Shown here one piece after another: positions 40,695-53,026 of a stretch of 64,000 bases of DNA. The first letter of the stretch is position 1; every line of letters starts with the position of its first letter. The notes beneath the pieces were generated by a model. It searched no databases and was not told the origin of the DNA. It saw nothing but the letters and a program-made list of their open reading frames with translations. The DNA is taken from contig CAVUVW010000016.1 of assembly GCA_963745035.1 (NCBI GenBank), positions 32,001 through 96,000 of the forward strand. Direction: 5' to 3'. Both the position numbers and the translations under genes were made by a program. Source of the stretch: an uncultured delta proteobacterium (GTDB lineage Bacteria; Desulfobacterota; Binatia; UBA9968).

Positions 40695-42449
40695 GTGATC
40701 AAGATCAACCAGCTTTCCAAGTCGTATTTCGCGCGCGAGCTTTTCGCGGACGTGAACTTGCAGATGAACGCCGGCGAGCGTTTGGGCCTGGTCGGGCGCA
40801 ACGGGCACGGCAAGACGACGCTCTTCAGGCTTATCCTGGGGCAGGAAGAGCCCGACGCCGGCGACATCACCATTCCGCGCAATTATCGCATCGGCCATCT
40901 CGAGCAGCACCTGCGCTTTACTCGGGCGACGATCCTGGAAGAAGCGGCGCTGGGGTTGCCGGAGGAGGAATCTCATTCCATCTACAAAGCCGAAGCTATC
41001 CTCTCCGGCCTGGGATTCGCACCCTCGGACTTCGAGAAAGCGCCCGGCGAGTTTTCCGGCGGTTTTCAGATCCGCATCAATCTCGCCAAGCTCCTGCTCT
41101 CCGAGCCCGATCTGCTTTTGCTCGACGAGCCGACCAACTATCTCGACATCACCTCGGTGCGCTGGATCACGCGCTTTCTGTCGAACTTCAGGGGCGAGGT
41201 GATGCTGATCTCCCACGATCGCGACTTCATGGACAAAGTCACGACGCACACCGCCGTGATCCATCGCCAGAAAGTTCGCAAGTTCGAGGGCGGCACGGCC
41301 AAGGCTTATGCGCAAATCGTTCTCGAAGACGAGATCCACGAAAAGACCCGCGCCAACGAAGAAAAAAAGCGTGCCCAGGCCGAGGCCTTCATCAACCGCT
41401 TTCGCGCCCAGGCATCCAAAGCCAAGTTGGTGCAGTCGCGCATCAAGATGCTCGAGCGGCTTCCCAAGCTCGACGAACTCGCCGCTATCGAGTCTTTGGA
41501 TTTCGAGTTTCGCCATGCCCCGTTTTCTGCCAAGACTTTGCTCGAAGCGCGCGATCTGTCGTTCGGCTACACGCCGGATCACATCTTATTTCGCGGGCTG
41601 AACCTCATCGTCAATGCGCGCGATAGATTCGGCGTGATCGGCAACAACGGCAAGGGCAAATCGACCCTGCTGAATGTCATCGCCGGCGGGCTTGCGCCGA
41701 TGACCGGCGCGATCAAAACCCATCCCGACATGAAGCTGGGCTACTTCGGCCAAACCAACATTCAACGGCTCGATCCGAAGCTCACCGTCGAAGAAGAGAT
41801 CGAGCGGACCAACTCGGCGCTCAGCCGGACCCAGGTACGCAACATCTGCGGCACGATGATGTTCGGCGGCGATCTGGCCTTGAAGAAAGTCGCAGTGCTG
41901 TCGGGCGGCGAAAAAAGCCGCACCCTCCTGGGCAAGATCCTGGCTCATCCGTCGAATCTTCTTTTGCTCGACGAGCCCAACAACCACCTCGACATGGAAT
42001 CCATCGACGCCCTGATCGAGAGCCTGCAAAACTTTCCCGGCGCCGTGTTGATGGTGACCCACAACGAGCGCATTCTGCGCGCGCTGGCGACCAAGCTGAT
42101 CGTCTTTCACCGCGGCAAGGCGGAGGTCTTCCATTCGAGTTACGATGAGTTTCTGGAAAAGATCGGCTGGGAGGAGGAAAGCGACAGCAATGGCGCGCAG
42201 AAAAAGCCGACGCCGCGAATGGATTACGACGAGAGAAAAGAACGTGAAAAAGCCGAGCGCAGGGAAAAAGCACGGTTCGAAAAGCTCGAGGCGCGAATTC
42301 TCGAGAGCGAAAGCGCGCTGAAGCAATACAACGAAAAGCTCGAGATCGAAGCCGACCGCAACAATCTCGCTCAGCTCCACGAGCTATCGAAGAAAATCAG
42401 CGAGCTAAAGCAGGAAATCGAGGATCTGTATAGCCAGTATGAAGATTAG
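40695..42449 (+). CDS. ABC-F family ATPase (ribosome-associated)
   Basis: Two ABC domains (GRNGHGKTT, FSGG, DEPTNYLD; GNNGKGKST, LSGGE, DEPNNHLD), no TM, C-terminal coiled coil. Confidence 0.92.
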   Translation: MIKINQLSKSYFARELFADVNLQMNAGERLGLVGRNGHGKTTLFRLILGQEEPDAGDITIPRNYRIGHLEQHLRFTRATILEEAALGLPEEESHSIYKAEAILSGLGFAPSDFEKAPGEFSGGFQIRINLAKLLLSEPDLLLLDEPTNYLDITSVRWITRFLSNFRGEVMLISHDRDFMDKVTTHTAVIHRQKVRKFEGGTAKAYAQIVLEDEIHEKTRANEEKKRAQAEAFINRFRAQASKAKLVQSRIKMLERLPKLDELAAIESLDFEFRHAPFSAKTLLEARDLSFGYTPDHILFRGLNLIVNARDRFGVIGNNGKGKSTLLNVIAGGLAPMTGAIKTHPDMKLGYFGQTNIQRLDPKLTVEEEIERTNSALSRTQVRNICGTMMFGGDLALKKVAVLSGGEKSRTLLGKILAHPSNLLLLDEPNNHLDMESIDALIESLQNFPGAVLMVTHNERILRALATKLIVFHRGKAEVFHSSYDEFLEKIGWEEESDSNGAQKKPTPRMDYDERKEREKAERREKARFEKLEARILESESALKQYNEKLEIEADRNNLAQLHELSKKISELKQEIEDLYSQYED

Positions 42450-42464
42450 AACCCGCGCGACTTC

Positions 42465-43646
42465 TCATCGCTTCGCAGGCGTCGCCCGGAGGATCTGCCC
42501 GCCGCGCGCATCGGTGAGAAGGTACAACGAGCCGTCCGGCGCCTGGCGCACGTCGCGGATGCGCTCGCGCAAGTCGCCGAGATAGCGTTCCTCCTGCGCG
42601 ACCTTGCCGTCCTTCATCACCAGGCGCACCAAGCCTCCCGGAGTCAGCGAGCCGATGAGAAAATTGTCCTTCCAATCGGCGAACAGATCGCCGGTGTAAA
42701 CGGCCATGCCCGAAGGCGCGATCACCGGGTCCCAGTAGTAGACCGGCTGCTCCATGCCCGGTTTCGCCGTGCCTTCGCCGATTTTTAAACGGGAATAGTG
42801 AGTGCCGTAGGAAATGACCGGCCAGCCGTAGTTTTTTCCGGCTTCCGGATGATTCAACTCGTCCCCGCCGCGCGCGCCGTGCTCCACCGTCCAGAGCTGT
42901 CCGGTCTCGGGATGAAGCGCGGCGGCTTGGACGTTGCGATGGCCGTAGGACCAGATCTCCGGCCGCGCGCCGTCGCGATTGACGAACGGATTGTCGCGCG
43001 GCGCCGAACCGTCGGCATTGATGCGCACAACTTTGCCGATCGTCGCCGACAGATCCTGCGCCCGCTCGGAGTGATTGAAGCGCTCGCCCAAAGTCACGAA
43101 CAGTGTGCCGTCGCGGCGAAACACGATTCTCGATCCCCAATGGTTGGAGCCGCTGACTTTGGGCTGTTGGCGCCAGATCACCTGGGTATTGTCCAGCGCG
43201 CGCTCGCCGAGCCGGCCGCGCACGACCGCGGTGCCTGCGCCGCCTTCGCCGGGCTCGGCGAAAGAGAGATAGACCAGCCGATCTTTATCAAAAGTCGGGC
43301 TCAACGCCACGTCGAGAAGTCCGCCTTGCCCGCTCGCGTAAACCTGCGGCACGCCGGTGAGCGCTTCGGAGATTTTTCCGTCCGCCGCGACGATGCGCAA
43401 GCGCCCCGGACGTTCGGTGACAAGCATCCGCTTGTCGGGCAGGATCTCGAGGCCCCAGGGGTGTTCCAGCCCTTTGGCGATAGCCTGGACGTTGACGACT
43501 CCAGATACCGAAGCGGGCGTCGGCGAGCGCTGCGCTTGCGCCTGCAGCGGCTGCACCCACGTCGCCATCAAGGCTATGAATAGGAAACAGATTCTCAAGG
43601 CATACGCGATCGTGCGAAAAGAAATGGACGGATGATCCTGTGACAT
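42465..43646 (-). CDS. PQQ-dependent aldose sugar dehydrogenase (YliI-like)
   Basis: LEHPWG, TERPGRLR, GQGGLLDV, WSYGHRNVQ, HGARGGDELN, IAPSGM, RIRDV. Confidence 0.9.
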   Translation of the reverse strand: MSQDHPSISFRTIAYALRICFLFIALMATWVQPLQAQAQRSPTPASVSGVVNVQAIAKGLEHPWGLEILPDKRMLVTERPGRLRIVAADGKISEALTGVPQVYASGQGGLLDVALSPTFDKDRLVYLSFAEPGEGGAGTAVVRGRLGERALDNTQVIWRQQPKVSGSNHWGSRIVFRRDGTLFVTLGERFNHSERAQDLSATIGKVVRINADGSAPRDNPFVNRDGARPEIWSYGHRNVQAAALHPETGQLWTVEHGARGGDELNHPEAGKNYGWPVISYGTHYSRLKIGEGTAKPGMEQPVYYWDPVIAPSGMAVYTGDLFADWKDNFLIGSLTPGGLVRLVMKDGKVAQEERYLGDLRERIRDVRQAPDGSLYLLTDARGGQILRATPAKR

Positions 43647-43913
43647 GCTGTTTACTCCCTGATCTCTTCGTGCCGGCGCAGCCGAGCCTGCGCCATTTTT
43701 AAGAGCATAAGATTTGCGATAGGTCGGATCAACCGGGCGATTGCGAATAAATCGTTTGCTGAAACTAGTGATTTTGTATCGGCGATCGGTTCGAACCCGG
43801 CGAAACACGCAAACAATCCGATAGGCTTTCTTGACAGCTCCATTTCTCTGCCATAAAGCACGTTTGTCGGACTGAAAAATTATGACCGCTTGCTGAGCGC
43901 GGCAGGAGGAACC

Positions 43914-44969
43914 ATGTTTCGCGTAGACGTCGATGCCCACATAGACGAATCGGAAGCGACCTGGGAATACCTCGACGACGGAGCGCGCCGCTTCAAGCCG
44001 GTCACGCTCGATCCCGGAGCCGCGACCGCGCCGGGCGATAGCCGGCCACACCGCCTCTGGCTCATCGACGGCACAATCAGACTCCGGCGCTGGCGCGACG
44101 ACAAGCGCACTGGGACCGTGCAGGCGACTCGCGAGTTGCTGGACGTGGAAGCGCGCCTCCGCCACATGGATGAGCTGCGCGTCGACGTGCAGGTCCTCTA
44201 CCCGACTCTTTTTCTTCATGCTTTCACCGCACGATCGGAGATCGATGTGGCGCTCTGCAAGTCTTACAATCGTTGGATCGCCAAGGCCACGGAGAAGAGC
44301 CGCGGGCGGCTGCGCTGGGTCGCGATGCTGCCGCTGCTCGACATCGACAAGTCGGTCGAGGAGCTGCGTTGGGCGAAGGATCACGGCGCCTGCGGTGTGT
44401 TCAAGAAGGGCATCGAATGTGGCGATCGCGCCGCGAGCGATCCCTACTTCTTTCCGGTCTACGATGAGGCGAGCCGCCTCGACCTGCCCATCTGCATCCA
44501 CAACGCGACCGGCAACGTCGAGTCCGCCACCGCCGAAGGATCAGGGCTTGGCGGAAACATGGTCGCCATCGCCGCGTTCAGCGCGCTTATCGAACATGGC
44601 ATCCCGGACATGTTTCCGAAGCTTCGAGTGGGCTTCATCGAAACCGGCGCATCCTGGATACCTTTTCTCTACGCCGATCTCGTGGCCAAGAAACTTCGCC
44701 GCACGTTCCTGCCCATCGACTTCACGGAAGACTTGTTTCGCCGCAACCGCATCTATGTGGCATGCCAAACCAACGACGATCTCCCGTACATCTTAAAGTA
44801 CGGCACCGAAGACAGCTTGATGATCGGCACCGACTACAGCCACGCCGACCAGTCCGCCGAGATCGAGGCCCTGGACGTCATCGAGCAGCGCGGCGCAAAA
44901 GGCGAAATCCCCGCCTCTGTCGCCCGCAAGATCCTCGACGACAACCCGCGCCGGTTCTACGGGCTGTAG
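43914..44969 (+). CDS. Amidohydrolase-family protein (ACMSD/LigJ-like)
   Basis: DVDAH, QVLYPT, ICIH, FPKLRVGFIETG, GTDYSH, NPRRFYGL. Confidence 0.9.
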   Translation: MFRVDVDAHIDESEATWEYLDDGARRFKPVTLDPGAATAPGDSRPHRLWLIDGTIRLRRWRDDKRTGTVQATRELLDVEARLRHMDELRVDVQVLYPTLFLHAFTARSEIDVALCKSYNRWIAKATEKSRGRLRWVAMLPLLDIDKSVEELRWAKDHGACGVFKKGIECGDRAASDPYFFPVYDEASRLDLPICIHNATGNVESATAEGSGLGGNMVAIAAFSALIEHGIPDMFPKLRVGFIETGASWIPFLYADLVAKKLRRTFLPIDFTEDLFRRNRIYVACQTNDDLPYILKYGTEDSLMIGTDYSHADQSAEIEALDVIEQRGAKGEIPASVARKILDDNPRRFYGL

Positions 44970-45281
44970 GCGAGCTTGCAGAGAAAATATCGCCGCGGCG
45001 CCAACCACATGGGGTCCGGCGCGGTTTTCGGTCATGCGCATTGCCGGCCGTTGTTTGCTTTCATCTCTCGAAAAAGAGGGAAAGGGGAGATTTCCCGGAG
45101 TGAAACCGTCAAACAGTGCTCGGCTTATGGCTTTTCCTCCTGCTCACAGTTGAAATGTTGCTTGACATTCGAATTGCCGGCCCAATATGCTCCGCCTGGT
45201 AAACTGACGCTTTCATATTCACCGAACAGGTAAGCGTAAGCGCTTTGTGCTAATCGATCTCTCGTCGAGGGAGCGTGCCCC

Positions 45282-46271
45282 ATGAGATTCGGGCTTAAAG
45301 TTGCTTTGAGCATTATCGTCTCGCTCTTGGCGCTCTCGTCTTCCCCCTGTCGATCCCAGGAAAAAGTAAAATTCCCGATTGCGGCGTCCAGTAAGACTCT
45401 GGGCTATGGGCCTCTTTGGGTCGCTTGGAAGCAAGGCTTCTTCGACCAGCTGGGTCTGGACGCGCAAGTGGTTCTGCTGCGCGGCACGCCGCCGTCGGTT
45501 CAAGCGCTTGTCGCCGGTTCCGTTTACGTTGGCGGCGCTACGCCGGATGCAGTGATGGACGTAAGCGAGCGCGGCATTGATTTGGTGATGGTGGTCGGTT
45601 TGATCAACGGTCTCTCTCACGCGATCATGGGTGGAAAAAATTACAAACGCTATGAAGATCTGCGCGGCGCGACGATTGGCGGTCAGAGCTTGACCTCGGG
45701 CATCACGTTCCCCTTGAGACAGGTGTTAAAATCCAAGGGATTGGAATATCCGCGCGATTACAAACTGGTCAACGTCGGCGGAACCGCCGATCTTTTCGCC
45801 GCGCTATCGAGCGGTCAGATTGCCGCAGCGCCACTCGCGATACCGCTTAATTTTGCCGCCGAAGAAGCGGGATTCAATGTGATCGGCTGGTATCGAGACG
45901 TACTTCCGAACTATCAGCTCACCGCGATGACCGTGAAACGCTCTTGGGCGGAAGCCAACCGGCCTCTGCTGATCCGTTTCGTCAAAGGCATGGCTCTGGC
46001 GATGCGTTGGGTGTTCGAAAACAAGGAGCCGGCGATTGATTTTTTAACCAAGGAAATGAAGCTCAAACCAGCGCACGCCCGCCAGGGATGGGAATACTAT
46101 ACAGCGAATCGAATTTGGTACCCGGACTCGGATATCAATACCGAAGGCGTGAAGACCCTGATCCAAATCTACGGCGAGCAGGGCCAACTCAAGGGCCCCC
46201 TGCCAAGTCCGGCAAGATATGTGGATCAGAGTTATTTGAAAGATGCATTGAAAGAGCTGGGCAATAGATGA
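45282..46271 (+). CDS. ABC-type substrate-binding protein, SsuA/THI5-like
   Basis: Signal peptide; QGFFDQLGLD, DLRGATIG. Confidence 0.85.
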   Translation: MRFGLKVALSIIVSLLALSSSPCRSQEKVKFPIAASSKTLGYGPLWVAWKQGFFDQLGLDAQVVLLRGTPPSVQALVAGSVYVGGATPDAVMDVSERGIDLVMVVGLINGLSHAIMGGKNYKRYEDLRGATIGGQSLTSGITFPLRQVLKSKGLEYPRDYKLVNVGGTADLFAALSSGQIAAAPLAIPLNFAAEEAGFNVIGWYRDVLPNYQLTAMTVKRSWAEANRPLLIRFVKGMALAMRWVFENKEPAIDFLTKEMKLKPAHARQGWEYYTANRIWYPDSDINTEGVKTLIQIYGEQGQLKGPLPSPARYVDQSYLKDALKELGNR

Positions 46272-46371
46272 ACTGTGGCCACGAAATTAAACGGAAACAA
46301 ACTCTACCAACGCGCCGATCCGCCTCGCGAGCGATGACTTCTGGATGAGTAGACGCTTGCCGTTAAACTCA

Positions 46372-46500
46372 GATGATCGGTAGCGACTAAAGCCACGCTG
46401 GTCAGTCCGCCGAGACCCGGGCGCTGGACGTCGTCGAGCAACGCGGCGAAAACAACGAAATCCCCGCCTCCCGTCGCCCGTAAGCCGCTCTTCGGCGGAC
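46372..46500 (+). pseudogene. Decayed copy of the amidohydrolase 3' end
   Basis: GATGATCGGTAGCGACTAAAGCCACGCTGGTCAGTCCGCCGAGA...CTGGACGTCGTCGAGCAACGCGGCG...CGAAATCCCCGCCTC aligns with about 44819-44945. Confidence 0.75.
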
Positions 46501-46558
46501 ACCCCCACCTGACTGGCTGCTCTTGCTCGTCTTCCTTCGATGACTCGACGACTTGAGC

Positions 46559-47744
46559 TTATTGAATCAGATCTCTAAATCTCTTCATGCTGAAACTGCT
46601 GATATCGATCTTGCTTTTGCCGTCGATGACTTGCTCCGCCAGCGCCTCCCCGATCGCCGCCGAGTGTTTGAATCCATGGCCTGAGCAAGGCGACGCAATC
46701 ATGATGCGATCGTTGTCCGGGTGAACGTCGATGACGAAGTTTGAGTCGGGGGTTGTCGTATACAGACAGCTTGCTGCGGTTCCGCAGGAATCGGAAATTC
46801 CCGGTAAACGGCCTCGGACATAACCTTTGTACATGGATTGCTTTTCTTCCATGCCAACGTCCTGCTGCACGTGATCGGGATCGATGATCGCCTTGAATTG
46901 CTCGGTCGCAATCTTGATCGTTTTTCCGTCGAGCGTCGGAAACCCGTAGAAACCAAACTCGCCGCCCTTTTTAAAGATCCAAATGAAAATCGGAAAGGCG
47001 GGCGACGCAAACGTCGAGCGGCAATCTTCCCTGATGTCGAACCAGTACATGACCTGGCGGGACACCTTGAACACATGCGCGTATGCCGGCGGCAAGAAAC
47101 GGGCGATCCAGGGTCCAGCGGTGATGATGACCTTCTCGGCAGAGTAGGCGCCGTTGCCGGTCGCGACCGTCACTTCGGAATCACCGCTGTTTTCGACCGA
47201 AACAACGATCTCATTAGTTTGAACAACTGCGCCGTGCTCGGTCGCGAGATGAAGCTGCGCCTCGATACAAAGTTCCGGCCTGAGAAATCCGGTTTCATAT
47301 TCGAAGTAAGCGCGCTCATCGGTTACGGCGAACTGCGGATAGCGTCTTCTGTATGTCCGCGGTTTCGAGGATTTCATGGCGGATATCGAACTTCTCGGCA
47401 CAGCGGATCGCTTGGTCTAAAAAATCAGGCCGGCCGTGCATGACGGCCTCGCTCTTCTGACTCTCCAGGGTCAAACCGCCCGTGATCGTCAGGAGCTTCT
47501 TGCCGGTTTCGTTTTCGATCTCGCGCCACAATTCATAGGAGCGCAGCACCAAGGGAACATATTCCTCGCCTTCACCAATCGCCTGGCGGATGATCCGGCT
47601 CTCGCCGTGAGACGAGCCGTTGGCATGCGGCGGGGAAAACCGATCGAGTCCAAGCACCTTGTTGCCCCGTTTCGCCAGTTGGTAAAGCGCGGCGCTTCCC
47701 ATAGCGCCGAGACCGCATACGATGGTGTCGAACTTAGTGGCCAA
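46559..47744 (-). CDS. solA: N-methyl-L-tryptophan/monomeric sarcosine oxidase; frameshift near 47350
   Basis: CGLGAMGS, GSSHGESRIIR, CLYTTTPD, CSGHGFK. Confidence 0.85.
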
Positions 47745-47757
47745 GACTCTGTTTCGT

Positions 47758-47915
47758 CAGTTCAAAACGGTCAAGCCGTTCGATCTCTCGGATCGAGTCT
47801 GGGCTTTGTTCAAGCCGTTTAACCCGGTTCGTGAGAATAAACCCGAGAGTTTCAATCGAATTTACCTTGAACATTGAACCCTTCGACCGAGCTCAAGGCA
47901 GGCATGGAACTTAGA
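47758..47915. repeat. GTTCAA-type and 7-nt TGAAC-type degenerate repeats
   Basis: GTTCAAAACGGTCAAGCCGTTCG...GTTCAAGCCGTTTAA; CTTGAACATTGAAC...TGGAACTTAGAACCTGGAA. Confidence 0.5.
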
Positions 47916-48135
47916 ACCTGGAATCTGCACGTTTGCTCAATTGCGCAAACGTGCAAATATTTAGCGGCTCGAGACATATGGTCGTTAGGAGGAGTGTCGC
48001 GCTTTCCTCTGGTCGCCGCCGGTGAACCCGCGCCCAGTTTCGTTCCGCCCAGGTGCGCGCCGGTGAAACGAAACCGCGCGCCGGGGATTCAAGATTGGCA
48101 GTAGCCTTAGAAGTCCGACGCATTCTTCGAAACCC

Positions 48136-49188
48136 TCAGTTGGCGAGAATTTTCTTCACCTTCTCGACGACGTCCGGCGGAGAGTCGAAAATCTCTTTTA
48201 CCAACTTTTCCAGCTCTTCACCTGTGGCTGGGTCTATATCCATACGGCCCTTTTTTGCTTCCTCGATCACTTCGGGATCGTTCAAGGTTTTGACGAAGGC
48301 GTCTCTCAGCATCTTGACTCGATCGGGCGGGGTGCCCGGCGTCACCATCATCGGCCGGCCGAAATCTCCCGCGGCCAAAAGCACCTGCGCGAGACGGCGG
48401 CTGTTGGCCGGCACCTTGTATTGATCGAAGAGTTCGTTGAGCGTCGGCGCGTCGGTGACACGCGGATCCTTTTTATTGGAGGTGTAAACGAGATGCCGGT
48501 CGAAACCCCTCTTGTGCCAGGTATCGAAGGGTTCGCGGCCGAAGTGGGCGGACATGCTGTGCGCGCGGCAAACAACCTCGTTTTTTTCCACCGCCAGATC
48601 GATCTCGGTGCCGCCGGCGTAGCCCAATACGGTGTTGAACTTCGCTCCCACCGTCTCCTCCAATACTTTGGAGAGGATATAGTCGCTGCTCGCGGTGCCG
48701 CTGCCGCCGCATTTGGGCGGCTCCTTCGCTTTGATGATATCTGCGATGGATTTGTAGGGAGCGTCGGCGCGCATGTAGAAGACGATAGCTTCAGTCACGG
48801 GAGTGCCGATGAATCGGAACTTGCGCATATCGAACTGGACTTCCTTACGCCCTGCGAACTGGTCGATGTAGACGCCGTTGAGCGGCATGACCAGGGTCAG
48901 ACCGTCCGGTTTCGCCACGTTGTAGACATGATTGGTAGCGATCACGGAGCCGGCGCCGGTCATGTTTTGCACGATGAACTCGGGCTGGCCGGGAATATAC
49001 TTGCCCATGTACTTGCCGAACAGACGGCCCCACCGGTCATAAAATCCGCCGGCCGTCGAGCCCACCATGATGCGAATGGTCTTTCCCTTGTAGAACTGAT
49101 CGCCCTGCGCTCCGGCCTTGGGAGCGATGCCCGGAAGAATCATCGAAAAACAGAAAATCAGTGTAAGCAAAAGCGCTCGTTTTTTCAT
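48136..49188 (-). CDS. TctC/Bug-family substrate-binding protein
   Basis: FYKGKTI, GGFYD..GR, YIPGQP...NMTGAG, KPDGLT, PGTPPDRV. Confidence 0.9.
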   Translation of the reverse strand: MKKRALLLTLIFCFSMILPGIAPKAGAQGDQFYKGKTIRIMVGSTAGGFYDRWGRLFGKYMGKYIPGQPEFIVQNMTGAGSVIATNHVYNVAKPDGLTLVMPLNGVYIDQFAGRKEVQFDMRKFRFIGTPVTEAIVFYMRADAPYKSIADIIKAKEPPKCGGSGTASSDYILSKVLEETVGAKFNTVLGYAGGTEIDLAVEKNEVVCRAHSMSAHFGREPFDTWHKRGFDRHLVYTSNKKDPRVTDAPTLNELFDQYKVPANSRRLAQVLLAAGDFGRPMMVTPGTPPDRVKMLRDAFVKTLNDPEVIEEAKKGRMDIDPATGEELEKLVKEIFDSPPDVVEKVKKILAN

Positions 49189-49546
49189 ATCAAACTCCTT
49201 TCGCTGCCTGGATCATCTGCCGTGTTGACGGTTCAACGCTCCGCGCGCCCTATTCAATCGCTCTCTCCTCCGTGAAGTCGTGGACTATATCGAAGCCTGA
49301 TCGGTGTCAATCCCCGTTCGGAGCAACAGGCCTCCGGAGTTCTTGATTTGTCTCTACATCAACGAAGGCTGAACGTGTTCTCGGTATCTAGAAAGCACAA
49401 ATTCCAAGATTGACATTGAGAGCCGATTATCGGAAGTTCTCCCCTGGAAATTGGCGAGAGCGCCAGCTTGTCGGCTGTAAGCTCAAGAACAAACTTCTAC
49501 CATTCATCGCAGTCGTGATTCGCCCTGAAGTCGCGCAGGAGGTTGC

Positions 49547-50602
49547 ATGAAAAAACTGACTGTCATGATCTTCTTGGCCATGCTGGCGGGCTTCGGGCTT
49601 CCTGGACATGGACTCTCTCAGTCCAACTTCTATCAGGGTAAGACCATCAGTGTTGTTTACGGGGGCGGTCCCGGCGGGACGGTGGATTTGCGCTTCAGAG
49701 CCACCGCTGCTGTGCTCCGGAAGCACATACCGGGAAGACCGACTTTCGTCATCGAGTACATGCCCGGCGGCGGATCCCGCAAGGCCGGAAACTACATCTA
49801 CAGGGCCCGAGCGGACGGGCTCACGATGGGCGTCATGCTCTCGAGCTTCGTGCCGGCGGCGGTGCTGGGCCTGAGCGGTGTACTCTACGACATCGACAAG
49901 CTCCACTACCTTGGCTCTCCTACGAGCGGCGAGCCTTACATCTTCGTGACCCGCAAGGAGGCGCGCCTGGACACGATTGAAAAACTTCGCGGCGCCTCGG
50001 GCGTGCGCATCGGTGCTCAGTCGGTGGGGCACAACCTCTACAACATCGGCCGGATTTCCGCGTATGTGCTCGGTCTGAAGGATGCGAAGTTCATCACGGG
50101 GTTTGCTCAAGGCGACGAGGTCAACCTGGCTATGATGCAAGGCGAGATGGATGGCCGCTGGACCATTCAGCAAACCCTGGTGCGACAGGCGCCCGAGTGG
50201 ATCTCGAAAAAGCTAGTGGACTTTCATATCGTCCACGACGTTCCGAAGGGGCGAAGACACCCGCATCCGGTCTATGCCCAGCTCCCCGAACTCGAACGGT
50301 TCACGAAATCGGACAAGGAGCGGAAGATCCTTGCGATGCAAAGGGCATTCGTCAGCGCGGGCACTCCCTTTATGTTTCCGCCGGGAACGCCGGCCGACAA
50401 AGTCCAGATGTTGCGCGAGGCGATGCGCAAGACTTTCGCCGATCCGGAATTTTTTGCGGAATTCAAAAAACTTGTCGGCGAGGAGCCCGACCCGTTGCCG
50501 GCGGAGGAGTTGGAGAAGGCGATTCGCGACCTGCCGCGCGACAAAGAAACCGTCGACTTGTTCAACAAACTCTCCGGCGCGGATCCGTTGCCGGCACCGT
50601 AG
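49547..50602 (+). CDS. TctC/Bug-family substrate-binding protein
   Basis: FYQGKTI, PGGTVD, HIPGRP...YMPGGG, PPGTPADKV. Confidence 0.88.
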   Translation: MKKLTVMIFLAMLAGFGLPGHGLSQSNFYQGKTISVVYGGGPGGTVDLRFRATAAVLRKHIPGRPTFVIEYMPGGGSRKAGNYIYRARADGLTMGVMLSSFVPAAVLGLSGVLYDIDKLHYLGSPTSGEPYIFVTRKEARLDTIEKLRGASGVRIGAQSVGHNLYNIGRISAYVLGLKDAKFITGFAQGDEVNLAMMQGEMDGRWTIQQTLVRQAPEWISKKLVDFHIVHDVPKGRRHPHPVYAQLPELERFTKSDKERKILAMQRAFVSAGTPFMFPPGTPADKVQMLREAMRKTFADPEFFAEFKKLVGEEPDPLPAEELEKAIRDLPRDKETVDLFNKLSGADPLPAP

Positions 50603-50658
50603 GCCGTTTCGCCTCATCACAGCTAAGAGTCAAATAGTTTCGTTCGCCGAGCAGTGAC

Positions 50659-50712
50659 TAACCGTTCAAGTCGTTCAAACCGTTCAATCGCTTCACTCCG
50701 TTCAAATCGTTA
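50659..50712. repeat. GTTCAA 9-nt-period tandem repeat
   Basis: AACCGTTCAAGTCGTTCAAACCGTTCAATCGCTTCACTCCGTTCAAATCGTT. Confidence 0.7.
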
Positions 50713-50839
50713 CGGAATCCAACGACTATTTTCGCTTGCGGTTCATCTGCCGAAATCTGCGCCGGTCTGTAGGGCGCGCTCGTGTGCGGGAACATCCTAG
50801 TCACAGGCAGTATTTGCCGCGTCCGGAGTGCTATATTGA

Positions 50840-52257
<1,418 letters not shown>

Positions 52258-52671
52258 TGTTGACCGAGAGCCGCAAAGTCTCCGGCGTTGAAGGTTAGAA
52301 CCGTTGAGACCTTGCCCTGTTCGGCGCATGCGCCGATGACCGCGTCATAGACGCGGCCACCGGCCACATTGTTCTTCGGAGCACCCAGCAACAGGGCTTC
52401 GTAAGACTTTGCAGCTAAGGCTACTACCGTTGCCAATTTCAAAAAGTTACTCTCGAGTAGAGTCAAAGCCGTTTGCGGAGATAGTCGATGCGGCGGCGGC
52501 AAGCGAGTGAGCACGGCGTAAGCCTCAATCAGGGCCGGAGCCGCGACAAACATTCTGGCTCGCCCGGCCAGCCGCCGCTCGATTTCATTTGCAGCGGCCT
52601 CATGATGCTCATGCCATGAGCATACGGCCGCAATCATACAACTCGTATCCGGAAGAAAAGCGAGCGCCACC

Positions 52672-52938
52672 CTAGGTGGAGTCACCTGAGCGCTCTTTGC
52701 GCAACGTTTGGCGGGCCCGCTCGACCGTGTCCGTCGAGAGTTGCGGGGTGCCCTTGGTGGGAACAGCCACAAGCAACCGCCCTTTCCGTTGGAGCTTCAC
52801 CGGCAAAGGCGCCGGCGTAATGGCAATGGCGCCCTTTTCCCAACGAACTTCGAGCGGCATTCCTGGCTTTATGCCTGATTCGCGGCGAATGTCCTTGGGA
52901 ATCACCAGCCGGCCGGCATGATCGATGGTCGTTTTCAT
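52672..52938 (-). CDS. vapB: AbrB/MazE/SpoVT antitoxin
   Basis: MKTTIDHAGRLVIPKDIRRESGIKPG; directly upstream of PIN gene. Confidence 0.85.
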   Translation of the reverse strand: MKTTIDHAGRLVIPKDIRRESGIKPGMPLEVRWEKGAIAITPAPLPVKLQRKGRLLVAVPTKGTPQLSTDTVERARQTLRKERSGDST

Positions 52939-52955
52939 GGTATCAAAAATACCAT
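52937..52955. promoter_or_regulatory. Probable TA autoregulatory operator
   Basis: Perfect inverted repeat ATGGTAT-CAAAA-ATACCAT at the antitoxin start. Confidence 0.6.
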
Positions 52956-53026
52956 AACTCCTACCGTCCGCCAAGCCAACGAGCGGCAAGTCTCCCTCAG
53001 GCAGAGCGCGGGCCGATAGAGAGAAA

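Noticed and set aside
40695-42449. ABC-F as an antibiotic-resistance determinant
   Set aside because: Looks like a housekeeping YheS/Uup-like protein; no leader peptide or mobile context seen.
43647-44501. 678-aa ORF suggesting a long N-terminal fusion to the PQQ dehydrogenase
   Set aside because: The extension is mostly antisense to the amidohydrolase; the real start is near 43646, before the signal peptide.
50659-50712. Short repeat arrays as CRISPR
   Set aside because: Units are 7-9 nt with no unique spacers, and no cas genes are present.
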